A stretch of DNA of 48,122 nt from Gemmatimonadales bacterium (GTDB lineage Bacteria; Gemmatimonadota; Gemmatimonadetes; Gemmatimonadales; GWC2-71-9), in NCBI GenBank assembly GCA_045803515.1, contig JBJMOX010000356.1:1-48122 (forward strand), given 5' to 3'. A program made the position numbers and the translations under genes. Shown piece by piece: positions 33,715 through 46,221 of the stretch; positions within the stretch are counted from its first letter, which is position 1; every line of letters begins with the position of its first letter. Under the pieces are notes generated by a model. The model worked only from the letters and a program-made list of their open reading frames with translations. It was not told the DNA's origin and did not search any database.

Positions 33715-34669
33715 GACGGGCGCTCCTGTGGGTGCCACTCGCCATGATGGCCTGCACCCACTCCAGGACCGATCGGATCGTGGGCACCGGAACCATCGAG
33801 GTGCGGGAGCTGGAGGTTGCCCCCCAGGTGCCGGCCCGGGTGGTGCGGGTGTGGGTGGATGAAGGCGAGAGCGTGAGCCTGGGTGACACCCTCGTCGTGC
33901 TCACCCAGTCGACCACCCGGGCCGACCTGGCGCAGGGCGAAGCCCGCCTCCGCTCGGCGGAGGCGGCGCTGCGCGAGGCGGTGGCCGGTGCCCGGCCCGA
34001 GGAGGTTCGCCGCGCGGAAGCCGATCTTCGGATGGCCGAAGCCGAGGCCGAGCGGACCAGGCGTGACCTGGAGCGGATTCGCCCGCTTGCCACCACCGGC
34101 ACCGTGAGCCGGCAGTCCCTGGATGACGCCGAGGGTGCCGCAGCGTCCGCCGCCGCCCGGCGCGACGCCGCGCGTCACGCGCTCGATCTCCTCCGCGAGG
34201 GCACCCGGCCGGAACGGGTCCAGGCGGCACGAGCCGAAGCCGCGCGGGCTCGCGCGGCGCTGCAGGCCACCACCGCGGTGGCGCAGGACCTGGTGCTGCT
34301 CGCGCCAGTATCCGGCGTCGTCCTCTCCCGCAACGCCGAGCCCGGGGAGATGCTCGCCATCGGCCAGTCGGCCGTGACCCTCGGCGAATCCGCCGCGCCC
34401 TACGTGCGAGTCTACGTCCCTACCCGTCAGTTGCCCCGGGTGCGTCAGGGGCAGGCGGCCACGGCCGTGCTGGATGGATTTCCCGATCGGCCGATCCTCG
34501 GCCGGGTGGTCGCCATCAGAGCCGAGGCGGAATTCACGCCCCGCGTGGCGCTCACCGAGCGGGAACGTGCCGATCTGGTCTTCGGCGTCAAGGTCGCGCT
34601 CCAGGATTCGACCGGGCTTCTCAAGCCGGGACTTCCGGCCACGGTGGAGATCCACGCCCCGGAGGCTCC

Positions 34670-34673
<4 letters not shown>
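33711..34673 (+). CDS. HlyD-family membrane fusion protein (YbhG-like)
   Basis: Lipoyl-like ..VRVWVDEGESVSLGDTLVVL.., a coiled-coil segment, and ..LKPGLPATVEI... ATGA overlap with tetR. Confidence 0.85.
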
Positions 34674-35424
<751 letters not shown>

Positions 35425-35428
<4 letters not shown>

Positions 35429-36516
35429 GACTCTGGCCGATGCTGTGGAAGGAGCTGGTGCAGCTCCGCCGGGACCGGTTCACCCTCGCGATGATGCTCG
35501 GCATCCCGGCCATCCAGCTGGTGCTCTTCGGCTACGCCATCCAGACCGAGGTCCGCCACCTTCACACCGTGGTACTGGACGAGTCCCGGACGCCGGAGAG
35601 CCGCCGGCTGATCGAGGTGCTGCGGAACACCGGGAACTTCGACATCGTCGAGCAGGTCCGAACCCGCGCCGAGCTGACGGATCGGATCGAAGCCGGCCGG
35701 GCGAGCGCCGGGCTGGTCATTCCGCCGCGCTTCATGCGGGACATCGAGCGCGGCACCGGGCAGGCCCAGGTCATCGTGGACGCCGCGGACCCGCTGGCCT
35801 CCTCCGCGGCGCTGTCCGGCGCCATGCTGGCCGCGTCGGCCCGCGCGGCGGCGCTCGACGGCGCCCGGCCTCCCCGGCTCGAGGTGCGGGTCCGGCCATG
35901 GTACAACCCGGGCCTCCGGAGCGCGGTGTACATCGTGCCGGGGATCATCGGCGTGTTGCTTTCCCTCACGCTGGTGCTCATCACCAGCATGTCGATCGTC
36001 CGGGAGCGCGAGCGGGGTACGCTGGAGCAGCTCATCGTCACGCCGATCGACAAGACCAGCCTGATCCTGGGAAAGATCCTGCCGTTTCTGCTGATCGGAT
36101 ACGTGCAGATCACGGTCATCCTGATTCTGGGCCGGCTGCTCTTTCAGGTCCCCATGCTCGGCAGCCTGCCGCTGCTCTATCTCCTGAGCTTCGCGTTCAT
36201 CGTCGCGAGTCTCGCGCTCGGGCTCCTCATGTCGACCCTGGTGCGGAGCCAGGTGCAGGCGATGCAGCTGAGCTTTCTCTTCCTGCTCCCGAATATTCTC
36301 CTCTCCGGCTTCATGTTTCCCCGTGAGGCCATGCCGGCGCCGGCCCAGTGGATCGGGGCGGCGCTGCCGCTCACCTACTTTCTCACCATCCTGCGGGGCG
36401 TGCTGCTCAAAAACGTCGGACTGGACCATCTCTGGCGCGAAGGACTCATCCTCGTCGCCTTCGCGGTCATCCTGGTGGCGCTCAGCGTGGCGCGGTTCCA
36501 GAAGACCATCGAATAG
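35425..36516 (+). CDS. ABC-2 family transporter permease (YbhS/YbhR-like)
   Basis: ATG 35425 (ATGA overlap). ..MLWKELVQLRRDRFTL.., a large periplasmic loop, then 5 TM. The upstream 317 codons of ORF 34474-36516 are an out-of-frame shadow. Confidence 0.9.
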
Positions 36517-36555
36517 CTCGGTGGGCCCGACCACCCGGAGCTATACTTCTGCCCC

Positions 36556-38642
<2,087 letters not shown>

Positions 38643-38646
<4 letters not shown>

Positions 38647-39464
38647 CCTGGAATCCAGAGCCGCTCGCCCCCGTGTCGCCGGGCTCTCGGAGCAGCCTCG
38701 GCGACTCGGCGGCGGCGGCGCCGACGGGTTTTCCCAAGCGTGAAGTGCTGGACCGATGGCTCGCCGATGCGGGCCAGCAGCTGGACGCGCTGCAGACCGC
38801 GCTCTACGCGGAAGGGAAGCGCGCCGTGCTGGTGGTGCTGCAGGGCAGGGACGGGTCCGGCAAGGACGGCACCATCCGCCGGGTCTTCGGCCCGTTGAAT
38901 CCCCAGGGCTTCTCGGTCACCAACTTCCGGGCGCCGACGCCGGTCGAGCTGGCGCACGACTTCCTGTGGCGGGCCCACCTGGCCGTGCCTGCCAAGGGGA
39001 CCATCGGCGTGTTCAATCGATCACACTACGAGGACGTGCTCGTGGTCCGCGTCCGGCAGCTGGCGCCCGAATCGGTCTGGCGGCCGCGATACGAGCAGAT
39101 CAATCAGTTCGAGCGGATCCTGAGCCAGAACGGCGTCACGATCCTCAAGTTCTTCCTGCATATCTCGCGGGACGAGCAGCGCGAGCGCCTGCTGGCTCGG
39201 CTGGACGACCCGGCCAAATACTGGAAGTTCTCGGCGGGCGACCTGGACGACCGGAATCGGTGGGAGGAGTACAACGAGGCATACGGGGAGCTGCTGCAGC
39301 GGACCAGCACCGAGGAGGCGCCCTGGTTCCTGGTGCCGGCGGACAAGAAGCACGTACGGGATGTGCTGGTGACCGCGACGATGCTCGCGGCGTTGGGACG
39401 ATTGAATCCACAGTATCCCGGCCCACCGCCCGAGGCCGCGGCGCTTCGGAAGGCGCTCGGCTGA
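38643..39464 (+). CDS. ppk2: polyphosphate kinase 2 family protein (PPK2)
   Basis: GTG 38643 overlaps the glgX stop (GTGA). VVLQGRDGSGKDGTI Walker A and FNRSHYEDVLVVRV lid motif. Confidence 0.85.
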
Positions 39465-39466
39465 GG

Positions 39467-39934
39467 TCAGATGCTTCCGTCGGGCCCCACGATCACGTAG
39501 GTGATGTCGCCGCCGTTGAGGACGAAGGGTCCTTTGTTCCCCAGCGTCTGCGCCAGGGCGTTGCTGAGCCGGGCATTGGCGGCGCTCAGGACGACCCCGA
39601 GCTGCATCCCGCCGGAGCTTCCGCCGCCGGGCGGCGCGAAGTTCTCCCAGTCGAGCGTGTACTCGGTGCGCTGGAAGCTGAACCCCTTGGGCAGGTAGGG
39701 GACCAGCTCGGCGGGAAGCACGCCTGGACCCACGTCCCCGGGCCAGCTTCCGGTCTCGTACCATGCGCTGTAGGCGGCGAGGCGCACCGTCTCCAGATCC
39801 GCGCTGGCCTGGGCGGCGAGCGCCCGATTCCTGAGATCGATGTACTTGAGGATCGCCAGGCCACTGAGCAGCCCCATCACCACGATCACCATCAACAGCT
39901 CCACGAAGGTGAAGCCCCGCCGCATCCGGCTCAT
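39467..39934 (-). CDS. type IV pilin/pseudopilin-like protein (prepilin-type N-terminal cleavage/methylation domain)
   Basis: MSRMRRG|FTFVELLMVIVVMGLLSGLAIL, with Gly-1, Phe+1 and Glu+5. 155 aa. ATGA overlap with the upstream gene. Confidence 0.75.
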   Translation of the reverse strand: MSRMRRGFTFVELLMVIVVMGLLSGLAILKYIDLRNRALAAQASADLETVRLAAYSAWYETGSWPGDVGPGVLPAELVPYLPKGFSFQRTEYTLDWENFAPPGGGSSGGMQLGVVLSAANARLSNALAQTLGNKGPFVLNGGDITYVIVGPDGSI

Positions 39935-40458
39935 CGGTCTCTCCGGGAGATCACCTTGAAGCTGTTGCCGAGGAAGGCCGGCAGCGGTTCGCCGGAAGCG
40001 AACGCGACCAGCAGCCCCTCCCGCTCTCCTTCCAGCCGATAGTCCGACCCGATCACGGTATAACGCAGGCCCAGCGGGTGGGCTCCGGCCTCCTCCAGCG
40101 ACTCCGGCAGGCGACCGTTGCGCTCCCGAAACCGCTCCACATGCTGGGCCGCGTTCGCGATGGTGATCCGCAAGCCGGCCTCCTCGACCGCGACCGATTC
40201 CGGGGCCAGCGGGACGGGGAAGACCCACGCCGGGCGCTCGATCCACAGATACGCTCCGGTGAAGAGCACGATCGCCGCGCAGATGAGCACCAGCGGACGA
40301 GACCACGTCCGCGCCCGCCGGCGTGCCTCGGCCGCGCGGAGCTCGGCCTCGCGCTCATCGGCCTGGGTCTTGAGCACGGTGTCGAAGGCGTCGAGCAGCG
40401 CCTTCTTCGCCGTATTGGCTGTGGTCGGAGTGGTCGGACGGGTGGACTCGTGGCTCAT
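39931..40458 (-). CDS. hypothetical bitopic membrane protein of the pilin module
   Basis: 175 aa. Charged N-terminus, one TM PLVLICAAIVLFTGAYLWI, and a roughly 100-aa external domain. Confidence 0.55.
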   Translation of the reverse strand: MSHESTRPTTPTTANTAKKALLDAFDTVLKTQADEREAELRAAEARRRARTWSRPLVLICAAIVLFTGAYLWIERPAWVFPVPLAPESVAVEEAGLRITIANAAQHVERFRERNGRLPESLEEAGAHPLGLRYTVIGSDYRLEGEREGLLVAFASGEPLPAFLGNSFKVISRRDR

Positions 40459-40481
40459 CGCGGCCGTACCCTCTGGCGGAT

Positions 40482-40859
40482 TCAGGTCTCCAGGCGCTCG
40501 CCGGCGCGCGCGCGGGTCACCAACTCGGGGAAGCTCCGGATGTCGATCGGCTTGGTGATGTACCCGTCGAAGCCGGCGGCCATGGCCCGTTCGCGATCAC
40601 CGCTCATGGCATGCGCGGTCAGCGCCAGCACCCGGAGCCCCTGGTGCGGGGACCGGCGGATTTCTTCGAGTAGCGCGTAGCCATCCTTGCCCGGAAGCTG
40701 GATGTCCATGAGCACCAGGTCCGGCTGGACCCGGCCGATGACCTCCAGCATCCCCTCGCCACCGGCGAGCCCCGTCACCTCGTGTCCTTTGAGGACCAGG
40801 AGGGTACGGAAGAGCTTCATATTGTCTGAGCTGTCCTCGACGATGAGAATCTTGGCCAT
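40482..40859 (-). CDS. single-domain response regulator (CheY-like receiver)
   Basis: ILIVEDS..LVLMDIQLPG..LALTA..YITKP (acid pocket, phospho-Asp, Thr, Lys). Confidence 0.9.
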   Translation of the reverse strand: MAKILIVEDSSDNMKLFRTLLVLKGHEVTGLAGGEGMLEVIGRVQPDLVLMDIQLPGKDGYALLEEIRRSPHQGLRVLALTAHAMSGDRERAMAAGFDGYITKPIDIRSFPELVTRARAGERLET

Positions 40860-40958
40860 TGCGCGTCTCGTCCGAAGGCAAAATCTACGCCAGTGGAGGG
40901 GTCCAAACCCGTGCCGCTTGCCCGTACGGTGCTCGCGACCGCGTGGGCAATCGCTTGA

Positions 40959-43199
40959 TCAGCACATGCTTGCGCGCTTGAGTACCGCCCGCACCCGGGC
41001 CACGAGCGAGCGAGTCTGGACCGGTTTGGTGAGATAATCGTGGGCGCCGAGGTCCAGGGCTTTTTCCTCGGTATCGTCGTGGTGTGCGGTCAGGATGATG
41101 ACCGGAAGCGCTGCGGTGCGCATCTGTGCCCGCAGCTCCTCCAGCACGCCCAGCCCGTCGAGCCGGGGCATGTCGACATCGAGCAGGACCAGGCTGACCG
41201 TCTCCTGCTCGAGCCGATCGAGCGCGTCCAGTCCGTCCACCGCCTCGATCACTTCGAAGCCCTCGCGCTGGAGCACGTTCCGGATGAGGCGCCGCATCTG
41301 GGGGTCATCATCCGCCACCAGGATGCGATTCTGCGATTCCGGAGTGGCCGCGACCGGCCCCGCGGGTGGGGTGGTGGTCGCCACCACCGGCACCGGGGCG
41401 GGTGGTTGGGGGGCGGACTCCTCACCGGCCCGGTCTCCCAGGACGCGGGTGAGCTCGTCCAGCGACGTCGCACCGTCCCACACTCGCTCGAGACCGCTCT
41501 CCCAGAGGGTGCGCATCCACACCTTGGTCGCGGCGGCGGCCAGCGCCTCGGGAAGCGCACCCCCATCGATCAGGCGGGCGACGGTCTCGTCGATCGGCAT
41601 GATCTCCAGAATCGCGAGGCGTCCGCGGTAGCCCCTTCCATTGCATTTCCGGCATCCCACCGCGCGGCGGATGCGGACCTCGCCGGCCCGGTCGGCGGGT
41701 GGTCGCACATCGGGGGCGAGCGACTCGAGAGGCACCGGCTCGGCACAGGCGTCGCACAAGCGGCGGACCAGCCGCTGGGCCACGACGCCCTTGAGGACCG
41801 AGGCCAGCTTGAAGGCATCGATTCCCAGGTCGCGCAGCCGGACCACGGCGGACGGCGCATCGTTGGTGTGCAGGGTGGAGAGCACGAAGTGGCCGGAGAA
41901 CCCCGCCTGGATCGCGATGGTGGCGGTCTCGAGGTCGCGGATCTCGCCCACCAGCACGATGTCGGGGTCCTGCCGCAGCACCGAGCGCAGGGCCTTGGCG
42001 AAAGTGAGCCCCTGGGCCTCGCTCACCTGGATCTGGGAGATGCCCGCGATGTCGTACTCCACTGGATCCTCGACCGTGACGATATTCACCCGCCCGGTCT
42101 TGAGCTGGTTGAGCGCCGCGTAGAGCGTGGTGGTCTTGCCACTGCCGGTCGGCCCCGTGATCAGCACCATCCCCTCCCGGTGGCCGAGCAGGCGCTCCAG
42201 CGCCGCGGTCTCGCTCGCCGGCAAGTGGAGGTCGGGGACGTTGGCCCGCAGGTTGGCCTTGTCGAGAATCCGGATGACGACCTTCTCGCCCCGGCGGGCG
42301 ACAGGAATGGTCGAGACCCGGAGATCGACAGCCTGGCCGTCCACCCGCGCGGAGGCCCGGCCGTCGTGCGGCCGCAGCGGATCGGTCACGTCGAGCTTGG
42401 CCCAGACCTTGACGCGCCGGACCAGCGCCGAGCCCGCCGCTTCGGGCAGCCGCATCACCTCGTGCAGCACACCATCCACCCGGTAGCGTACCACCACGCC
42501 GCCTTCGGTCGGTTCGGCGTGGATGTCGCTGGAGCCCTCCCGGACTGCGTCGCTGATCATGGCATCCACCAGCTTGGACACCGGCGCATCGAGCGCCCGG
42601 TCGGCCGCCGGGGCTGCAGGCTCGTGCTCGACCGTCTCCAGCTTGGCGGGCTCGAGCCCATCCAGCAGCCGTGCGATGGCGCGCTCGGGCCGGTACAGCT
42701 CGTCCAGTCGCGTCGCGATCGCCGCGGGGGCGGCCAGCTGGAAGGCGACATCCCGGCCGGTGATGAACTGGAGCGTCTGCTCCAAGTCGAGGTCCCGCGG
42801 GTCGGCGCTCGCGATCCGGATGGTCCGGTCGTTGGCCGACATCGGCACGACCTGGTACTTCCGGGCGACCGCCTCCGGCAAGAGCGTCGTCGTGCGCGGC
42901 TCGCAGAGAGCGAGATCGGCCAGGGGGATGCGGAAGCGCTGGGCCACGATCTCGAGGATCTGCCCGTCGGTGGCCCGGCCGCTGGCGGTGATCCCCGACC
43001 AGAGCGTCGGCCCGCCTTCGCTGCGCACCTGCGCGAGCTGATCGGGACTCAACAGACCTCCTCCGATCAGCACCGGTGCGAGCCACGCGTCGGCCGGCTC
43101 CGGCGCGAGCGTGCCGCGAGCGGAGGTGTTTCCGTCGGAAGGCGCATCGGCGAGAGCCGTGCGCGAGGGGCGGGCGTTACGTTGAGAATCGATCGCCAT
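40959..43199 (-). CDS. GspE/PilB-family secretion/pilus ATPase fused to a C-terminal receiver domain
   Basis: ATG 43199 after AAGGA. T2SSE_N-like N-terminus, GPTGSGKTTT, DPDIVLVGEIRD, GHFVLSTLHTND, CDAC..CRKCNGRGYRGR, a Pro-rich linker, then receiver ILVADDD..LLDVDMP..ILTA..LTKP. Confidence 0.9.
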   Translation of the reverse strand: MAIDSQRNARPSRTALADAPSDGNTSARGTLAPEPADAWLAPVLIGGGLLSPDQLAQVRSEGGPTLWSGITASGRATDGQILEIVAQRFRIPLADLALCEPRTTTLLPEAVARKYQVVPMSANDRTIRIASADPRDLDLEQTLQFITGRDVAFQLAAPAAIATRLDELYRPERAIARLLDGLEPAKLETVEHEPAAPAADRALDAPVSKLVDAMISDAVREGSSDIHAEPTEGGVVVRYRVDGVLHEVMRLPEAAGSALVRRVKVWAKLDVTDPLRPHDGRASARVDGQAVDLRVSTIPVARRGEKVVIRILDKANLRANVPDLHLPASETAALERLLGHREGMVLITGPTGSGKTTTLYAALNQLKTGRVNIVTVEDPVEYDIAGISQIQVSEAQGLTFAKALRSVLRQDPDIVLVGEIRDLETATIAIQAGFSGHFVLSTLHTNDAPSAVVRLRDLGIDAFKLASVLKGVVAQRLVRRLCDACAEPVPLESLAPDVRPPADRAGEVRIRRAVGCRKCNGRGYRGRLAILEIMPIDETVARLIDGGALPEALAAAATKVWMRTLWESGLERVWDGATSLDELTRVLGDRAGEESAPQPPAPVPVVATTTPPAGPVAATPESQNRILVADDDPQMRRLIRNVLQREGFEVIEAVDGLDALDRLEQETVSLVLLDVDMPRLDGLGVLEELRAQMRTAALPVIILTAHHDDTEEKALDLGAHDYLTKPVQTRSLVARVRAVLKRASMC

Positions 43200-43301
43200 A
43201 TCCTTACAATGCTGGCCTGCCTCAGGCACTCACGGCGGCGGTTGCCGCCTCACCCAGGCTGGTGGATGCGCTCCGTGACGTCTTGCAACGGAAACTGATC
43301 G

Positions 43302-44150
43302 GTGCGCCCATCGTCCATGACGGTCATCGGCCTGGGAGCGATCGGGGGATCGCTCGCCTGGCAGGCGCGGATGGCCGGCATCCCGAGGGTGGTGGGCTAT
43401 TCGCCCTCCCGCAACGAAGGCACCGAGGCGCTGAAGGCTTCCGCCGTCACCGACCTGGCCGACTCCCCGGCCCGCGCCGTCAAGGGTGCGGAGCTGGTGG
43501 TGCTGGCCGTCCCACCGAGCGCGACACTCGACCTTATCGGCAGGCTGGCCCCGGAGCTTGAATCCTCGGCGTTGTTGACCGACGTCTGCAGTGTGAAGGC
43601 GCCCATTGTCGCCCGCGCCGCGGCCGCGGGGCTGGGGAGTCGCTTTGCCGGCGGGCACCCGCTCGCCGGCACCCACGTGTCCGGCTTCGCCGCGGCCCGG
43701 CCCGACCGGCTGCGCGGGTGCGTGGTGTATGTCTGCGAGACGGGAGCGCCAGGCGGAGACCAGGCCGCCCGGAGCGTGATGAGCTTCTGGCGCCGGGTGC
43801 TCGAGGCCTCACCGATCCTGATCGATCCCGGCGCTCATGATCGCCAGCTCGCCTGGACCAGTCACCTGCCGCAGGCGGTCGCGTCGGCGCTGGCCAAGAC
43901 CCTGGCGGACCGGGGGCTCGCCGGCGTGTCCTTCGGTCCAGGCGCGCGCGACACCACCCGGCTCTCCGCCAGCCAGCCCGAGCTGTGGGTCGACATCCTG
44001 CTGCACAACCGTGAGGCGGTGGCCGATGCGCTCGCCTCGACCGAGGCGGGGCTGGCCGAGCTTCGTCGACTGCTCGCGGCCGGTGACGCCCCGGGTCTGC
44101 GCGAATATCTGCTGACTGCTCAGCGCTTTCGGGAAGGACTGGATCGGTGA
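43302..44150 (+). CDS. tyrA: prephenate dehydrogenase
   Basis: IGLGAIGGSLA Rossmann motif, ..DVCSVK.., ..GGHPLAG... Alternative start ATG 43317. Confidence 0.85.
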   Translation: MRPSSMTVIGLGAIGGSLAWQARMAGIPRVVGYSPSRNEGTEALKASAVTDLADSPARAVKGAELVVLAVPPSATLDLIGRLAPELESSALLTDVCSVKAPIVARAAAAGLGSRFAGGHPLAGTHVSGFAAARPDRLRGCVVYVCETGAPGGDQAARSVMSFWRRVLEASPILIDPGAHDRQLAWTSHLPQAVASALAKTLADRGLAGVSFGPGARDTTRLSASQPELWVDILLHNREAVADALASTEAGLAELRRLLAAGDAPGLREYLLTAQRFREGLDR

Positions 44151-45418
44151 GAGTCGGCGGCACGGTGCGGGTCCCGGGTGACAAGAGCATCACCCACCGG
44201 ACGCTCCTGTTCGGGGCGCTGAGCGGGGGGACGAGTCACGTCGGCGGGGCCCTTACCTCACTGGATGCCCGCTCCAGCGCGCGGGTGCTCCGGCAGCTGG
44301 GCGTGGAGATCTCGCCGCTCCGTGCCGGCCGGGTGGTGATGATTCGCGGTCGCCGCCGCCTGGCTCGCCCCTCCGCTGTGCTCGACTGCGGCAACTCGGG
44401 GACGACCACCCGGCTCCTGCTCGGCCTGCTCGCAGGCCACCGCTTCGGCGCGACGCTCACCGGCGACGCCTCACTCCGGCGCCGGCCGATGCGTCGCGTC
44501 ACTCTGCCCCTGGGGCAGATGGGGGCGCGATTCACCGAGCATGATGGCGATGGGTTGCCGCTCACGGTGCGCGGCGGCCCGCTCAGGCCGCTCCGGTACG
44601 AGATGCCGGTGTCGAGCGCCCAGATCAAGAGCGCGCTGCTTCTGGCTGGCCTCGCCGGCGGCGTGCCGGTCGAGCTGCGCGAGCCGCACGGCCGCTCGCG
44701 GGACCACACCGAACGCCTGCTCCGCGCATTCGGCTACCAGGTCGAGGAGCGGGACGGCTGGATCATCTTCCAGCCCTCGGGCCAGCTGGAGCCGTTCGAG
44801 ATCCAGGTGCCGGGGGACCCCTCGTCGGCGGCCTTCCTGGTCGGTGCCGCCGCGCTCGCGGAAGCCGGCGAGCTGCGAGTGGCGGCCGTCGGAGTCAATC
44901 CCACCAGGATCGGGTTCCTCGGCGTGCTCGCCCGGATGGGGGCCACGGTTGATCTGGCCGAGACCACCGAGCAGTTCGGCGAGCCGGTCGCCGACCTGCT
45001 GGTGCGCCCCGCCGAGCTCCGTGCCACGGAGGTGGGTCCGGGGGAGATTCCCGGGCTCATCGACGAGATTCCGCTCTTGGCCGTGCTGGCCTCGCGCGCC
45101 GAAGGCACCACGGTGTTTCGCCAGGTGGGCGAGCTCCGGGTCAAGGAGAGCGACCGGCTGGGCCTCATCGCGGAGAACCTCCGGTCGGTGGGCGCGCGGG
45201 CGGAGGTCTCGGGCGATGACCTCTACGTGGAAGGAGGTCAGGCCGCCCCTCGTGGGCGAGTCCGGACCGCCGCCGACCACCGGCTGGCGATGGCCTTCGC
45301 GGTGCTGGGCACGGTGCCCGGCGCGCGCGTCTCGATCGATGATCTGGCCTGCGCGGCGGTCAGCTTCCCGGACTTCCCAGACACCCTTCGAGGCATCCGC
45401 CGGCGGGAGAGCGCGTGA
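44147..45418 (+). CDS. aroA: 3-phosphoshikimate 1-carboxyvinyltransferase (EPSP synthase)
   Basis: VPGDKSITHR, LDCGNSGTTTRLL, ..RVKESDRL... GTGA overlap with tyrA. Confidence 0.9.
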   Translation: MRVGGTVRVPGDKSITHRTLLFGALSGGTSHVGGALTSLDARSSARVLRQLGVEISPLRAGRVVMIRGRRRLARPSAVLDCGNSGTTTRLLLGLLAGHRFGATLTGDASLRRRPMRRVTLPLGQMGARFTEHDGDGLPLTVRGGPLRPLRYEMPVSSAQIKSALLLAGLAGGVPVELREPHGRSRDHTERLLRAFGYQVEERDGWIIFQPSGQLEPFEIQVPGDPSSAAFLVGAAALAEAGELRVAAVGVNPTRIGFLGVLARMGATVDLAETTEQFGEPVADLLVRPAELRATEVGPGEIPGLIDEIPLLAVLASRAEGTTVFRQVGELRVKESDRLGLIAENLRSVGARAEVSGDDLYVEGGQAAPRGRVRTAADHRLAMAFAVLGTVPGARVSIDDLACAAVSFPDFPDTLRGIRRRESA

Positions 45419-46125
45419 AGGCGGGGGTCATCGCGATCGACGGGCCCAGCGCGTCGGGAAAATCGACCACCGCCCGGGCGGTGGCGGAAGCCCTGGGCTT
45501 CGCCCATCTCGACTCCGGCGCGCTCTACCGGGGAGTGACCCTCGTGGCCCTGCGCGAGGCCGCGCGCCGGGGTCGGCCCGGAGAGGATCCGCTGAGCGTG
45601 CTGGATCCTGAGACCATTCTGCGGACCGCGGAGGACCGCGGGCTCATGCTCCAGCCGGATGGCGCGGGGTTCGCGGCCTATCTGGAGGGCGAGCCGGTGG
45701 ACGCCGCGATCCGCGCGCCCGACGTCACGGCCCGGGTCTCCGCGGTCTCGGCCGTACCGGTGATCCGCGAGTGGGTGAACACCCGGCTCCGGGCCATGGT
45801 GCGGGCGGGCCGGCAGGTGGTGGTGGACGGGCGGGACATCGGGACCGTGGTCTTTCCGGACGCGGAGCTCAAGATTTTCCTGACGGCCACCCCGGAGGCC
45901 CGGGCCGGACGCCGGGTGAATCAGCGGGGGGTGAGCGCGGACCCGGCGCGGCTCGAGGTCGAGGCCGAGGCGCTCGCGGCACGGGACCAGGCCGATTCCA
46001 GCCGGCAGGTGGCGCCGCTCCGGTCGGCGGAGGACGCCGTTCCGCTCGACACCACGTCCATGCGCTTCGACGAGCAGGTGGAAGCGATCGTCGGACTGGC
46101 CCGGCCGATCTTCGCGGGGAGCTGA
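45415..46125 (+). CDS. cmk: cytidylate kinase
   Basis: IAIDGPSASGKST P-loop, ..LDSGALYR.., ..VVDGRDIGTVVFPDA..KIFLTA... GTGA overlap with aroA. Confidence 0.9.
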   Translation: MKAGVIAIDGPSASGKSTTARAVAEALGFAHLDSGALYRGVTLVALREAARRGRPGEDPLSVLDPETILRTAEDRGLMLQPDGAGFAAYLEGEPVDAAIRAPDVTARVSAVSAVPVIREWVNTRLRAMVRAGRQVVVDGRDIGTVVFPDAELKIFLTATPEARAGRRVNQRGVSADPARLEVEAEALAARDQADSSRQVAPLRSAEDAVPLDTTSMRFDEQVEAIVGLARPIFAGS

Positions 46126-46126
46126 T

Positions 46127-46137
46127 CCAACCGATTG
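46127..46137. repeat. left copy of 11-bp direct repeat CCAACCGATTG
   Basis: Read directly. Begins 2 nt after the cmk stop. An identical copy lies at 47262-47272. Confidence 0.6.
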
Positions 46138-46221
46138 GGTAGTGTATCAGTCTGACTGTAACGTTGAGAATGACCCGCCTCAGACTCTTCCCGACGACTC
46201 AGCGCCGGATATTCTTGCCTC

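Noticed and set aside
41040-43298. 752-aa plus-strand ORF.
   Set aside because: It is an exact antisense shadow of the GspE/PilB-REC gene. The minus-strand product has Walker A/B, His box and receiver motifs; the plus-strand one has none.
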